Positions 1 through 13,750 of a stretch of 64,000 nt of DNA are shown here, piece by piece. Below the pieces are notes generated by a model that saw only the letters and a list, made by a program, of their open reading frames with translations, ran no database searches and had not been told where the DNA came from. Positions within the stretch are counted from its first letter, which is position 1. Each line of letters opens with the position of its first letter. The position numbers were made by a program, and so were the translations under genes. Origin of the DNA: Sminthopsis crassicaudata (Eukaryota); NCBI RefSeq assembly GCF_048593235.1, contig NC_133623.1, forward strand, positions 1,860,001 through 1,924,000, given 5' to 3'.

Positions 1-175
1 TTCTAGGTCCTTGCCACTACAAAAAGAGCTGCTATCAATATTTTTGCACACATGGGTCCTTTTTTCTTCTTTTATGATCTCTTTGGGACATAGACCCAGT
101 AGTGAAACTGCTGGATCAAAGGGTGTGCACAATTTTATAGCCCTTTGGCCACAGATCCAAAATTCTCTCCAGAAT
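1..175 (-). mobile_element. L1 ORF2 3' region fragment (antisense)
   Basis: gatctctttgggacatagacccagtagtgaaactgctggatcaaaggg is the reverse complement of the conserved L1 ORF2 C-terminal region; same motif family as the sense L1 at 62.8-62.95 kb. Confidence 0.7.
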
Positions 176-179
176 AAAA

Positions 180-420
180 CAAGCATTTATTGTGCCCAGC
201 ACTGTGGTAAGTACTTTACAAATATCTCATTTGATCCTCACAACAACCCTGGGAGGTAGGTGCTGTTATTATCCCCATTTTGCAGATGAAGGAACCATGG
301 CAAAAAAAAGGTTAAATAACTTGCCTAGGGTCACATAGTTAGCAGATGTCTGTGGGCCAGATTTGAAATCAGATCTTCCTGACTCTAGGCCCAGTGCTCT
401 GTTTACTGTGCCATAGCTGC
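180..420 (-). mobile_element. MIR/MAR-type CORE-SINE
   Basis: atttgatcctcacaacaaccctgggaggtagg...ccccattttgcagatga...aggttaaataacttgcctagggtcacatag core SINE motifs. Confidence 0.75.
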
Positions 421-619
421 CTATCACACTCCCCATCTGCCCTCATCTACATCTCAACTATCTAGTGCCATATGAGTGTTACTCACAATGTTTACTTTCT
501 ACCATTCTTTAAGGCAGGATATCATCTGCAAAAAGTGATAGTTTGGTTCCTTTGCCTCTGCTTATTCCTTCATTTTCTTTTCTTGGCGTAGCTGACATTT
601 CAAGGCCCAATTGAATAGT

Positions 620-3208
620 AATGGTCGTTATGGTGATAATGGACATCCTCACTTTACTGCTGATCTTATTGGAAAGGCTTCTAGCCTGTACTCATTATAG
701 ATAATTCTGACTTTTGGTGTTAGATGGATACCACTTAACATTTTAAGGAAATTGTTTATTCTTCTGTTTTCTATTGTATTGATTATGGTTTACCAAAACC
801 TTCTTCTGCATCTCTTAAAGCAATCATATGATTTTTATCATATTTGTTATTAATATGGTTAATTATGCCAATAATTTTCCCAATATTGAGCCAGCCCTGG
901 ATGCTTAGTATAAATTCAGCCTGATCACAATGTAGGACCTTTGTGAGATATTGCTGTAATCTCCTGGCTAATATTTTATTTTAAAATTTTGCATCCATAT
1001 TCATTAGGGCAATTGATTTATACTTTTGTTTCATTGTTGTAACTATTCCTGAATTAGGTATCAAGAACATATTTGAATTACAAAAGGAATTTTGGAAGAC
1101 TCGTGACCTTGACTATTTTTAAAAAACAGATTATATGATATTGGAGTTATTCTTTTAAGTATTTGGTAAAATTCATTTGTTAATCCATTTAATCTTACTT
1201 TTGGGGAAGATGCAGAGGAATTCACTTATGGCTTATTCGATTTATTTTTTTTTAAAGACACACTTATTTAAATATTCTATTTGCTGGTCCTCTCGTTTGG
1301 ACAATTTATGTTTTCTTTTTTTAAATATTCATCCACTTCATTTGGAAGGTTGGTTTTCTTGAAAACCTGGGAATTCTGGTTTTCCCATGAGATTTGGAGT
1401 TTATTTCAGGAGGCAGCTGGTAGATTCTTTCAATTTCTACTTTGCCTTCTGATTCTAAGATATCTGGGCAGTTTTCTTTTATGACTTTTTTTGAAATATG
1501 AGGTCTAGGGGGCAGCTAGGTGGAGCAGTAGATAGAGCACCAGCACTGAAATCAGGAGGACCTGAATTCAAATGTGGCCTCAGTCACNNNNNNNNNNNNN
1601 NNNNNNNNNNNNNNNNNNNNNNNNNNNNNNNNNNNNNNNNNNNNNNNNNNNNNNNNNNNNNNNNNNNNNNNNNNNNNNNNNNNNNNNNNNNNNNNNNNNN
1701 NNNNNNNNNNNNNNNNNNNNNNNNNNNNNNNNNNNNNNNNNNTTCTTGTCTTTCAAGTGGACCAATGATTCTTATCTCTTGAGCTATTTTCCAGGTCATT
1801 TGTATTTCCTAATATGACATTTCACATTTTCTTCTGGTTTTTTTTTTTTTTTTTTGGTCTTTTGAATTTGTTTTTATTATTTCTGAATATCTCATGGAGT
1901 TATTGGCTTCCATTTGGCCAATTTTAATTTTCAAGGACTTATTTTATTCACTGAGCTTTTTATATTTTTTCTAAGCTGTTACTTCTCTTTTTATAGCTTT
2001 CTTCCTTAATTCTCTCTTCTTTTCCCATTTTTCCCTTTATTTATTTTTATTTATTTATTTGGGTTTGAAAAAAATTATTTTTGCTCTTTCTCAAACTTCA
2101 TTTTCTTCTAGGAATTCTTGTTGGTAGTGTGTCCCAGTGTATTTCTCTCTGAGGCTTTGCTTGTAGATGTTTTCAAGTCATTCTCTTCTTCTGGGTTTGT
2201 ATGTTGAACTTAAGATAGCTGAGGGGAGAGGGAGGCACTACAGTAAAGAGATCATTGATTCTGAAGTCAGGAAATCCTGAGTTCAAATTCAGCTTCAGAC
2301 ACTAGCTGTGTGACCCTGGACAGGTCATTTTATCTCTGTTTAACCCCAGTTTCTTCAGCTATAAAATGAAGATAATAATAGCACTACTTGCTAGGGTTTA
2401 AAAATGGCAATTAACACAGGTACAGCTTGGTACATAGTAGGTACTTGTTTAAATGGTTTTTCTCTTCTTTTCCATTTGAGTGCTCCTTTCCCTGTACTAG
2501 CTCTGCATGATTATGTTCTTTTATTTCCTCATTCTTCCAGCTTGTTTCCTGACTTTAGACATGATATTAAGGCCGAGCTCTGCCCCACTTCTCTGGGGAA
2601 GGGCTGGCCTGAGCTTGCCTCCTTTTATAATTCGTTCTGCTGATTTCCCCGCTCAGTGTGGGGGCCTGCATGTTTTGGTACTTCTGAAGTGCTGTGATCT
2701 GGGGAGGAGGCTGCTCCCTGTCCTCCCAGCCAGAGTTCTGTGGCTCAGGTGTGGTTTAGTTTCTATAGATGGCTGCTGGACTCAGTCACTATTAGCTCAT
2801 GGAGAGGTTCTTCAGGTTTGGATCGGCTGAATTTCTGTCTCTGCTTTGGTCTGGGACCCCTATCCTGGTTATTCTACTTTAGGCTTACATGCTGGGCTAA
2901 AGGCTAGAATTGAGACCCTGCTCTGTTCCTGGGTTCAGAGTCCCACAGCTATGGTTCTGGAACTTGCTTCCTGCTCGGTATACAGGTAGGGCCAATATTC
3001 ACAACCTCCTCCTCGTCTCTATCCTGGATCTGAAACCAGAACTGTACAGTAGGGGGCAGAGGTGCCAGAAGCAGTAGTTTAGGAATTCTCTGGGATCTCT
3101 TTCTGCCCCAGTACTCCCTGCTCAGGTGCCTGGTCGGCCCTCTGTCCTGGTGTCCACAGACCTTTCTGTCTCCTCGAGCTAGGAGGGATGGGCTGATCAA
3201 ATGACTCA

Positions 3209-3239
<31 letters not shown>

Positions 3240-3240
3240 G
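620..3240 (-). mobile_element. Old fragmented L1 (antisense ORF2/ORF1/5' region) interrupted by SINEs and a gap
   Basis: T-rich antisense L1 motifs (ttattggaaaggcttctagc, ccaatattgagccagccctg, atattcattagggcaattg); boundaries approximate. Confidence 0.6.
1508..1587 (+). mobile_element. tRNA-derived marsupial SINE (WSINE1-like), truncated by N-gap
   Basis: ggggcagctaggtggagcagtagatagagcacc...caggaggacctgaattcaaat A/B-box head; gap 1588-1742 follows. Confidence 0.85.
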
Positions 3241-3739
3241 GTTTTGCCAGTCCGAATCCTATCATCTACAGGTGACCTTTCCCATCCTCTCTTAATTTGA
3301 ATACTTTTCTTTTTATTTTCTATTATCCTGTCCAGAGCTTATCTGTACTTGTCTGTGGCCTTGACCACGTGACAACAGCCACTTTCTCTTAGCACCTTTT
3401 CAGTTGGTGGAAGCTGTCTCTTATTGCTTGTCCTCTTCTTGTCCAAAGTCAGCATGCTTCCCACCCTGCTGCCTGGCTCTAATTTGGACTGTTACAAGTT
3501 CAACCCCATTGGGCACTCCCATTGTACTTTCCCAAACTCCTTTTCCCAACGCAGATTGGCGGACAATGCATCGGTTACCCAGCAGCTCCCTGAGTAACCT
3601 GTATGTCACCATATTGAAATGGGTTCAGCTGGGAGATGGTGGATTTTTTTTGGGAGGAATATGACTGTCAACTATAGGAAGGATGATAGCAAAGAGACGG
3701 CCAGGATGCAGATAGTGCTCTACCTTTTTGTTTCATTAG

Positions 3740-4033
<294 letters not shown>

Positions 4034-6899
4034 GCCTGGTTGCCGCCACCTCCTCTCCTCCCTCCTCTCCTGTTCTTTATTGCCTCTCCTCCTCATCCTT
4101 TTCTTCTCCTCCTCCTCTTCCTTTTCCTTCCCCTCCTCCCTCCCCCCTCCCCTCTTCCTTTTCCTCGTCCCATGCCACAGTCATTGCTACCGCCATCATC
4201 AGCCACCGCTTCCACCATGAGACCCTCTGCTTTGGCGGTGCGGCCAGGAGGGGGTCAGGATGGCACCTAGAGGGAGAGTGAGGAGGCTGAACTGGGGAGC
4301 TCAATGCTCCCTAGGCCCCGGGCCTGGCCTCGCTGGTATCTAGGCGGGGATTCGGCCCACAGTGGGTGGCTTCCATGGCTGTGGCCACGCCTTTGAACAC
4401 AGCCACAAGTGAACAGAAGCTGTGAGCTCACATCTGAGCTAACCCTGTTTTCTCTCTTCTTTCCTGTTGTTTCTTTTTCCTTCCTGTTGTTCCACCTTCT
4501 ACCCAGCTCTTGCCCTGCTTCGGATCAGTGTTTGGAGTGAGTCAGCCGGTAACTTTCCTATACCCCCTTCTCCCATGTAGGCCCTTGAGGGACATGAGTG
4601 CAAAGTAATTTGTCATTGCCCAGGTTTTTTCCCCTCTACTGAGCTCCCTCCCTCCTTCCTGTGCCCGTACCCACTCCACCCAGTCCCGGACCCCGAGCTT
4701 GTTGCCCAGAAGCAGCAAGCTGCTGGGTTCAAGCAAAGCCTGGGGAGTTGCCATCCACGGTGACTTAGTTGAGGCTGCCATGCCCCAGGACTGGAAGGCC
4801 TTTGGCCAAGAGAGGTCATAAGCAGGCGAGCACGGCCTTGCTTCCGGACTAGCTGGCAGCTTCTGGCAGGGCTAGGGGCTGCTGGGTGATCAGGTACTTT
4901 TCTTCCCAGGAAACTGGCAAGTTCCCTGGGATCTTTCTCCAAGGCTGAGCCCCAGCAGTGGAACCCAGACGACCAGTTGGCAGCTCCTTCAGGGTACTTC
5001 CTGCTGCCCACTTCCCTGCCAATGGACTTGGATGCTGAGTGAGCCTCTGCTGCCTTCTTACTGTCAGGCCAGCGGGGTTCGTTTAGAAACAGTGTTTCCC
5101 AATACACCAGCAGACAATATTTCGGACATTAGCTGAGTCACGCAGGGAAGGCCTGTAAAATGTAGGAAAATAGAGCAAAGTGGGTGGCACGAGCCCCCAT
5201 GCTCTGGCCTTGTCCCAACCCCCCGAGGAGGGTGAAGGAGATAAATGACAGCAATTTCTGGAGCCTCTCCACCTCCTCTTATGCACAGACTACTGGCTGT
5301 CGCCGCCGCCATTGCCACCACTGGCAAGTCCCGCCTCCCTTGCCCTCCTGAGCAAGAGGGCAGCAGGATGTGTTTTCTCCCACTAACCGTTCCCCTTTCC
5401 CTTTTCAGGGGCCCCCAAGCTGGAGCCATCCTTGCTGGAAGGTCCCGCTGGCCACTTAGCTTTTCTTGCCACCTTTTGCCTGCTTTTGTTTCCAGTTGGG
5501 TGCTTTGCCCCCTACCTACCAGGGGCTTTCTGGTGTTGGGGTTTCCTTGGTATGGGGATCTTGGGGACTTAGCTGGGTTCAGCTGGGCCCCGGCCTCTCA
5601 CGTGCCTTTTGCACTGAGGGCTCCCCGTTTCAGTTGGCCCGAAAGGCCGGGCCTGATGCATTTTCCTGCCTTGTCTTCCGCTTCTCCTCAAGGGGCTGCG
5701 AATCATGTGACCAGGGATAAGAACTGTATTCACAACCAGTGCTTTGGGTTCTACAGGGACTGTAGCTGCTTCCCAACCTCCAAGGAAATGTTCCTAGTTG
5801 AGGGGTGTCAAGGGCCTGCTCTCTGAGCTGACTTGTAGGCGTAGCGAGGAGCTGAAGGAGAGAGTTCCCTAATGTGACTCCATTAGGGGGTCCATTCACA
5901 CCATTAGGGTGACTTCCCCCCCACTTGTCTTCAGAGACTGGCAAGTTCCAGACCCAGGAACTTGGGAACCCCAAGTTCATGCCATCAGGTCCCTCAGGGC
6001 TATGCCATGCCTGGTGCTTCACGCCAAGGCCCACAAGACTGAGCGAGGGCCGAGGCTTTGTCCTTGGCTCCGGAAGAACTCTGTCGTTCCTTTTCTGGTT
6101 CCAATGTTAAAGTGAGCTTATGTTTCCTAAGCACATTTTGGCAGGTGCTTGGGGGGAGTGGCAGTTGGCTGGGGGTGAGGGGCATCTTGCAGGATAATAG
6201 AGCCAGCCTCCTCAGGTGTCGGGATGATCTGAACTCAGAACTTGGGGGATGTTGTTGTCACGAGCCAGACAGAGCATCACTCTGTTGCTCCCGGCGTGGT
6301 GGGTTCTGACATTTGACCCTTCTTGTGAGCGTTTGGCTTTGACTTGTTTCTGTGGAGCCTTTGTTAGTGCAGGTGGGTGTGGGAAAATGGGCCACTTGGC
6401 TGCTCTCTGGTCCCGGCTCCTGGGATGAGGGCTGATGTTGCCAAGCTGGGCCTCGAGGCAGCTGAGAGGCGCCGACTGACACCCGGCAATGGGCGCCTGG
6501 GTGGCCCCTGCCTGTTTGGGCTGTGTCTCTGTGCTCGTGCCAGGTGGGCTCCACTTCTTGGTCTCCAGATGCTTCCCTGGGCCTTCTCTGTACCGTTCTT
6601 CTTCTGGGCTCAGAGCCAGAAGGATTTCCCTGCCCCTAGGAAGGGGTGTAAGCTCTTGGAGGGAATCCCAAGTGGGTGGCCCGCCTTTCATTTCCCTGAA
6701 AGGTGGTTAGTCCAGCCTCTGCTCAAACACTGGAAGTGACAGGGAGCTCACTACCTCCAGAGGCAGCCCCTCTTATCTACAGGTGTTTTCTTGGGGCTAA
6801 AAGGCTAACTCCCCTACTCTGCACAACCCTTCCCCCCAGGTCTTTCCACCTCCTGGTCTCAGGCACAACCCTTTTCCCAGGGATCTCTTCAATGAAAGA

Positions 6900-7030
6900 A
6901 ATAAAATTAAGTACAATTTTTTTCCTGTGATTACTGTTTGATTTGTATAGACTTTTAGAAAACTTTATACTGTATAGTGTACAGGTCTATTGTTTATAGT
7001 TGATTAAATAGTTGATTAAATAGAGTGTGT
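6900..7030 (+). terminator. Probable polyadenylation region of the KLF gene 3'UTR
   Basis: AATAAA at 6900-6905 and repeated gttgattaaata in an abrupt AU-rich block, followed by GT/T-rich gtgtgtgtggtcgttttttgtg. Confidence 0.5.
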
Positions 7031-7459
7031 GTGGTCGTTTTTTGTGCAAGGCAGGGCCGGGGGGAGGGAGGGGAGCAGGCCTCCTCCCCTAGGTGCTCTC
7101 CACACAGCCCGGCTGGAGATCCGGGGCACTCCAAGGGGACCTGGGGAAATGTGGGGGGGGAGGGGGCCATGTCACCACTGGGGGCTTGGATTTATGGACA
7201 CATATTTTGTGGCTTCCTGGGCACTTCTGGTGAGGACCCATGGCTGGCTGTGGGCAGTGTTGGATTCTCTTTCTNNNNNNNNNNNNNNNNNNNNNNNNNN
7301 NNNNNNNNNNNNNNNNNNNNNNNNNNNNNNNNNNNNNNNNNNNNNNNNNNNNNNNNNNNNNNNNNNNNNNNNNNNNNNNNNNNNNNNNNNNNNNNNNNNN
7401 NNNNNNNNNNNNNNNNNNNNNNNNNNNNNNNNNNNNNNNNNNNNNNNNNNNNNNNNNNN

Positions 7460-7650
7460 TCTCTGTCTTTGACTCTGTCTTTCTGTTTCTGTCTGTCTCC
7501 GTCTCGGTGTGTGTTTTTGTCTGTCTCTGTCTCTGTCTTTCTCTCCATCTCTATCTCTCTGACTCTCTGTGTCTGTTTTTCTGTTTGTCTGTCTCTCTCT
7601 CTGTCTCTCTGCCTTTCTGTCTATCTCTGTCTCTGTGTCTCTCTCATTTT
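7460..7650. repeat. (CT/TCTG)n low-complexity tract next to gap 7275-7459
   Basis: Directly visible. Confidence 0.95.
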
Positions 7651-8485
7651 TCCGGCTTTCTCTATACAACCAGCAGTCTCTCTAGAAGCACAGAGACAGG
7701 AAATTATAGTCAGCAGCCCCAGTGCCCCTCTGTGCTCTGGGGGGGGGCCTCTGCAGCCAGTGAGGAAGCAAACAGGTCATGAGGACTTGGCTCCATCTTG
7801 GCCAGGACCATCTGGCGCCCTCTCCCAGCCGCCTTGTGTCCTTGTGTCTGTAAGCAGGGAAGGACAGATGTCATTTGTCTTGCTTTCAGACACCCTGTAA
7901 ATCCATGTTACCCCCTTCCTCCCGCCCCTAATTTCTTGGACCTCTCTTGAATCCCTAGCTCACACTTTGGAACTCATAGGTTGTCCTCAGAGCCATGTGG
8001 CTCCCAGGCCAAAGCCCTTTGCTATGAGCCTCTGTCCTTACTGGTGGAGGTGAAGACCCTGCTCAGGGCTGGGGCAAGGGTAGCAAGTTCTCTGGGGTTC
8101 CCTGTGTGTTGTGTGGATTTGCTTCTGGCTTCCTGCTGCTAGGGAGGAGGTGGAAGAGCCCCAAGCTGCTTCAGATCCCCAAAGGAAGAAGCCCCTTGAA
8201 GATGGCACCCTGAAGCAGCCTTGCCGTTTCTCGCCTTCCCTCCTGAAGCTTGGTTGGGCCCGTGCCCATGGGCCTCCGAACAAGGGTACCAATCCTGGCC
8301 TGTTCAACGGTTGCCAGTTGCGATCTCTGTGCCCCCCAGCTTTGTGACATCTCCTGGATATGAAATCCCTTCTGATTTCCCAGAAAGCTCATGTGCACCA
8401 TGGTCAAGCAATGGGAGACCACGGGGCTGAGAAGGCCCAGAGGGGGCAGTGTGGGTACTGACGAAGGACCAGGGAGAGGTTGCTC

Positions 8486-8504
8486 TAGTGCCACCTAGTG
8501 GCCA
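8486..8504 (-). promoter_or_regulatory. Strong CTCF motif
   Basis: Minus strand reads TGGCCACTAGGTGGCACTA vs consensus TGGCCACCAGGGGGCGCTA; all 3 differences are commonly tolerated bases. Confidence 0.65.
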
Positions 8505-9993
8505 GCCCTGGGTGGAGGCCTGCTGGAGGATTCTAAGCAAGCCAGCTGGGAGCACCTTGGGGGTGCCATGTGACTGCTAGGAAGGCTGTTGGAAATGAGG
8601 AAGTCCTTTGGTCTCTTTCTGAGGGAAACCCAGCTGCGGACTCAGTTGAGCTGGAGGAAAAGGCTACGCTAGCTCTCTCAAGATCTCAGTTTCCTTTTCT
8701 GCTCAGAGTCTTGGGGCTGCCATTTTCCAAGGCAGCCCCCTCCAGCTTGGACTTCGTGGGCCTCTGCTCCCTGATGCCCCCCCACGTCACCCACGTGATC
8801 ATCTCACATGGGTCACCTCAGGTTCTTGGGGTTCCACTAATCCAGGTGTAAAAGCAGGCCTTGGGTCACTTACCTCAGTGGGTATTTTTGGCAGGAAGTA
8901 CCTCAGGCTTGAGGATGAAGGATCCCGTGATATTTCCATGGAGATGAAATCCTATAATAGGGAGGGTGGGAGAGCGGGGAGGGCAAGCCTGGAGAGGAGG
9001 AGGGAAAAGGGAGACCCAGTGGGCACCACGGAGACAGGATGGGCAGGACCCCCTGGGGCTGGCTCCTCCAGCTCCGCCAGAGTCCCCACAGGTCAGTCCA
9101 TGTCTCCCCCAGTTGTGCCGAGCTGTGTGGGTGGAGTCCTGATTGTGGGCTCCTGCTTTTTAGCATCCCTGGTGCAGAGCCCCTTTCTCCTGGATGGCAA
9201 CAAGGTCCTCCAGGTGGACCGCCCCAAACGGGGCTCCAACCTCTCACCTCCCCATGCTCCCCTGAGGGAGCCCCAACTCTCAGGGGCTCTTTTTGCTGCC
9301 TCCCACGCCTGATTTGCTGACCCCGCGGGCCACTCATATCCCCAGATCTTTTTCCAGAAAACTTTGGCCAGGTCTCTCCCATGCTGCATAAAAGAGGCCC
9401 AAGGCAGGCCTGCCTTCAAGAAGCTGCTGATCTAAGGGGAGAAACAACATGCGTTTTGCAGATAAGACAACTGAGGCACAGGGTGAGATGACTTGCCCAG
9501 AGCTACCCTGAAGTTGCATTTCAGCTCGTCTTCCCCAGCCCAGGCCAGGCGCTCTCCCGCTCCCATCTCCAGCTGCCTCCCACTTTGGCAGTCACTGTTC
9601 AGTCAGGCATTTTCTTCAAAGGGGCCCCCCCCGCTCCCCTTTGTGGGCTTTGCTCGTTAGTGGGAGTTGGGGTCCCCATCCCTTAGCATTCCCGATGCCG
9701 AGAGCTCCCAGATCGACCGCCTGTGGCCCAGGCTCTGTCCCGAGCCTCCATTCTGCATTGTCCCCTCTCCAATACATTCTCCTTGGAAATGCGCCCTGCG
9801 CCTCAAATCCAGGATTCCCTATTACCTCTAGGAGACTCCCTTAGCACTGTGGACATAAGGGCTAGACTTGTGGGGGAAACAGTGCCAGTCCTGGGACACT
9901 CGAGCTTTCCGACTCTCCAGTGTGGTGGCGGGGGTACAACCACTCCTCTCACTGGCAGCTGGAGGGGACACAGCACGAAAGCTGGGCTGGGAT

Positions 9994-11089
9994 TGTGGTG
10001 CCAAGTGGAATTGAGGAGACAATGGTTAAATCTAGGTTAGCACTGACTTAATCCTACAACACCTAGTGGTTTCCTCATGACATCATGATTCGTGTATACT
10101 CAGTGTGGGGCATATAAGCGAAAAGCTCTCAGGGCCAGAGAGGACAAGCAAGCGCCCAGAGGCTGAGACAGATTCATCCCATCTTCCCCCTTTGTGGTGA
10201 CTGGAGGCTGAAGCACAAACCCTAGGAACCTGGCGAGATTCAGAGGCCAGGGTTCAGGCGGGGAGATTCAGCAGCCAGAGAAGGCAGGTGGGAGCACGAG
10301 CTCTTGGAACCAAGGGGAGAGAGAGGCCTCCAGAAAAACTAGCCCAGCCCTGAGTGAAGGACACAAGCCTTTTTTTTTTATACCTTCACTGCAGACTTTA
10401 ATACTTCTGATGCATTCTTTTTTTAATTATTTTTTTATTTTATAATTATAACATTTTTATTTTATTAGAACTTTTATTATAATTATAACATTTTTTATTT
10501 TATTTTATTATAATTATGACATTTTTTTTGACAGTACATATGTATGGGTGATTTTTTACATTATCCCTTGCACTCCCTTCTCTTCCGAATTTTCCCTCCT
10601 TCCCTCCACACACAGGAAGTCCCATACGTGTTAAATGTCTTACCTTATGTCCTAGATACAATCTATGTGTGCACAACTGAGTTTCTTGTTACACAGGAAG
10701 AATTGGATTCGGAAGGTAAAAGTTACCTGAAGAAAAACAAAAGTGCAAACAGTTGACACTCATTTCCCAGAGTTCCTTCTCTGGGTGTAGCTGATTCTGT
10801 CCATCATTGATCACTTGTAACTGAATTAGATCTTCTCTTTGTCAAAGATAGCCACGTCCATCAGAATCCATCCTCATACAGTATTGCTGCTGAAGTGTAT
10901 AATGATCTCCTGGTTCTGCTCACTTCCCTCAGCATCAGGTCCTATAAGTCTCAAGGAGACAAGAAAAGGATTTGGACTTTAACCCCTGGCTATACTTGTG
11001 GTCATTACTGAACTGAAACTAAGGCTACCTCCAGAGACCCCAAGCAAACCCCAACAGGAGAAAATCACATTTTAGAGAAGGAGATTACA
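9994..11089 (+). mobile_element. Solo ERV LTR interrupted by an antisense L1 3' end (~10370-10952)
   Basis: TG...CA termini; flanks tgggat / tggggt (6-bp TSD, 1 mismatch); TATA-like catataag ~10111; 3' end acattttagagaaggagattaca matches the end of the LTR at 36272-37003. Confidence 0.7.
10370..10952 (-). mobile_element. 5'-truncated L1 3' end nested in the LTR
   Basis: T-rich tail then cattatcccttgcactcccttc...ctctgggtgtagctgattctgtccatcattgatca; same family as 62208-63585. Confidence 0.85.
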
Positions 11090-11639
11090 TGGGGTGATGG
11101 TAAAACACTGGGCCTTGCCTCTTGCAGGCAGCTGGTTAGCAATTGGCGTTGGTGCCCTCCAGCTCCCATAAGCAGCGCTCCCCTCAGGGATAGCCTTGGG
11201 AAGCAAGGCTGCAGGTCCTGGAGAGGAAAGAACGCTCTCGGGACAGCTGTCAGCTGTTGGGGGTTCTCTGGGGGAGAGGGAGGGAGTGCCATTGCTGGGG
11301 CTCACGGGCTTATTTGCTCGCTGGTTGGTCGTTGGTGGGGATGTCCAGCTTGTTATCCAAGGAGTTTTTCCTTTGAGTGGCTTGTGTTAACACAAGTCCT
11401 TAAGGACCAGGCTGGAAACAGACCAGTGTTCTACCCATGGGTGATGGTGGGTGGGCACCTGGGGTCCCGAGGGTTCACTTTCCTGTGGATGGCCAGGGAG
11501 GGGGGCAACTGGGAAAGGCCAGCAGGCATTAGTGATTCATGATGGCCGTTGTTGTTGGGGAGCGTCTAGATCTTCTTTACAATGACACCTATGGGGGCCA
11601 GGCTGAAAACAAGGGTTTCTCTGTGTTGAAGTAGGAATT

Positions 11640-11787
11640 ATTATTATTATTTTTGCTGAGGCAATTGGGGTTAAGTGACTTGCCCAGGGTCACACAGCTA
11701 GGAAGTGTTAAGTGTCTGAGGTCAGATTTGAACTCGGGTCCTCCTGACTTCAGAGCTGGTGCTCTATGCACTGCGCCACTAGCTGCT
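11640..11787 (-). mobile_element. WSINE1-like SINE
   Basis: Reverse complement of the SINE head/body with (TAT)n tail; taggaat on both flanks. Confidence 0.85.
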
Positions 11788-12431
11788 ATAGGAATGATTC
11801 TTGAAGTGATGAGGAAGAGAGCTCCCGCCTGAGCTTGGCTGTGAGAGCGGTAATGGGAGCACGTAGAGTGCTAGACCTGCAATCAAGAAGAGCTGCTCAA
11901 GTTCAAATTGTGGGACCTCATAATCTCGAGCCACCTCAGTCTCCACATGGCCAAATGGGGACCCCAAATGGGGCCTGTGAGGAACAGCGTAAATGTTAAG
12001 TGCCTCCTGTGGGCCACTCCCGAAGTAGCTCTCAAGCTTATAGGGAGAAGAAAAGGTGGGAAAGCCAAGTGAAACCCAAGGGAATGAAATGAGCTGGCCC
12101 ATGGTGAGCCCTCTCTGAAGGGCGGCTTTGGGAGGACTTCCCCACTCCTTTCCCAGCCCTCCAATGGAAGAGGAGAGGCAACTGAGTGCGAGGAGGAGGG
12201 AGACCTCCAGCAGGCAAGTGGGGACCATTTGCCTGGCCGTGGTAAGCTTATCTTGGGGGGAGGGGATGTTCATGATGCAGCTGGTGGGGAACAAAGAAAT
12301 TAACAAATGAGATAATATCTATAAAAAGTACTAGGCCCAGCACCTGGCATGCAGTAGGCGCTATATAAGTGCTGCTTCCCTTTCTTGTAGTCATCCTTCC
12401 CTGCCAAAGACACCTCAGTTAGAGATCAGCT

Positions 12432-12860
12432 AGCCAATCCTCTCATTTTACTGAGAGGTCGGAAGGCCCAGATCCAGAACCCTGACGGTCCCATCATTGC
12501 ATCCCAAAGACCCGTGGGAAAGGAACCTCCCGCGGCTCTTTCTGGCCGAGCTCAGAATATGGCCGAGGACAGGCAGTTATACTGTAGACATCTTTTTGTC
12601 CACAATGATCAAAAATCCGGATTCTCCTTGCCTGGGTGCCAAGGAGCCTTCCACTGAGAAAGTCCCCGGCCCCTCTCCAATCAGTCTCTGTCTCCTTGGG
12701 GGGTGACAGCCGTGGCCACCGAGGGCTTCCTGGGCCAGACAGGTGGCCCCTTACTGGCAGCTCACGGGCCAAATGAGCAGCCAACCGGAACAGTGAGCCC
12801 TTTGCCTTCGGACTTAGCTCTGTGACTGGCGCATCCCGGGGGCCGGCCTGAAAGCGGACT
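12432..12860 (+). repeat. ~430-bp segment duplicated in direct orientation at 39491-39927
   Basis: Manual alignment about 95% identical; ORF track shows the same peptide (HPKD.WERNLPRLFLAELRIWPRTGSYTVDIFLSTMIKNPDSP) at 12497 and 39414. Confidence 0.95.
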
Positions 12861-13489
12861 TGGGCACTTGTGTTGACATCACTCTGTTTCAGGTTTGGCC
12901 ACTGAACACCCCGAGACTTCCCTCCTCCTCCCTCCCCTTGACGGTCCTTCGGATCACTCTCCTCTCTGGGTGCTTTGTGGCCCTGCGTGGCCTCCGTGGC
13001 CTTCCTAAAACGTGGTTCTCAGAGCTGATGGGTTCTGGCCAGGGCAGAGATCAAAGGCAGCATCACCCAAGTCAGGCCTGGATTTCAATCCCGCCTCAGA
13101 TGCTTACTGCACCAGTGACTAAGCCTGTCCTTGCCTCAGTCTCCTCCTCTGAAAATTAGGGGTCTCGTCTAGCTCAATGAGGGATAAGGTCCCACTTGGT
13201 TACCTTCCTTCCTTGTGCTTGTAGCTGCTCAAATGCCCAGGCAGTTTTTAGACAGAGCGCCCCCTAGCCAGACCTGCCGGGTATGTCCTCCTGCTCATTT
13301 TGTTCTTGGGAAGTTTATCGTTTGCTGTTTGTTACTGCTGCTTCTGGGATACAGTGATGGGTCTGATCAGTTCCTGAATCCCCCCAGTCCGTGTGGCCCA
13401 AGTCATCCAGCAAGGCTGGCGCTGGTCCTGGGAGCCCAGGAGCCACGAGCATGTGCTGCGCCGGGCCCCATGGAATCTGCTGCATCTCT

Positions 13490-13750
13490 CTACCTCTGTC
13501 TGTGTCTCTGTCTCACCTCTGTCTGTGTCTCTGTCTCACCTCTGTCTGTGTCTCTGTCTCTCTTTCTGTCCTCTGTGTATATCTGTCTCTCTCCTGCCTC
13601 TTTCCCACACATCCCCTCTCCCCTGTCTCCTTCTCTTCTCTCTTTTTGTGTCCATTCTCTGTCTTTGCTTCTCTCCTTTCTGTCTTTCTCCCGTCTCCCC
13701 TCTCCCTCATTCCCTTCCTCCTTGTCTCTCTGTCTCTTTTCTCTCTCTGA
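13490..13750. repeat. CT-rich low-complexity tract
   Basis: Directly visible. Confidence 0.9.

Noticed and set aside
9095-9225. PDZ-like peptide FLASLVQSPFLLDGNKVLQVD
   Set aside because: Spacing does not fit a PDZ fold, no GLGF-type loop, no convincing exon boundaries
12440-12600. Resemblance to LMO7/LIMCH1 motifs (FY*-GRKAQ; AELRI..RQLYC), tempting because LMO7 neighbours KCTD12 in the paralogon
   Set aside because: Matches are short, in different frames and from unrelated parts of LMO7; the first overlaps a MIR-like cctctcattttac...ggcccag motif; no splice structure. A tblastn with LMO7/LIMCH1 would settle it
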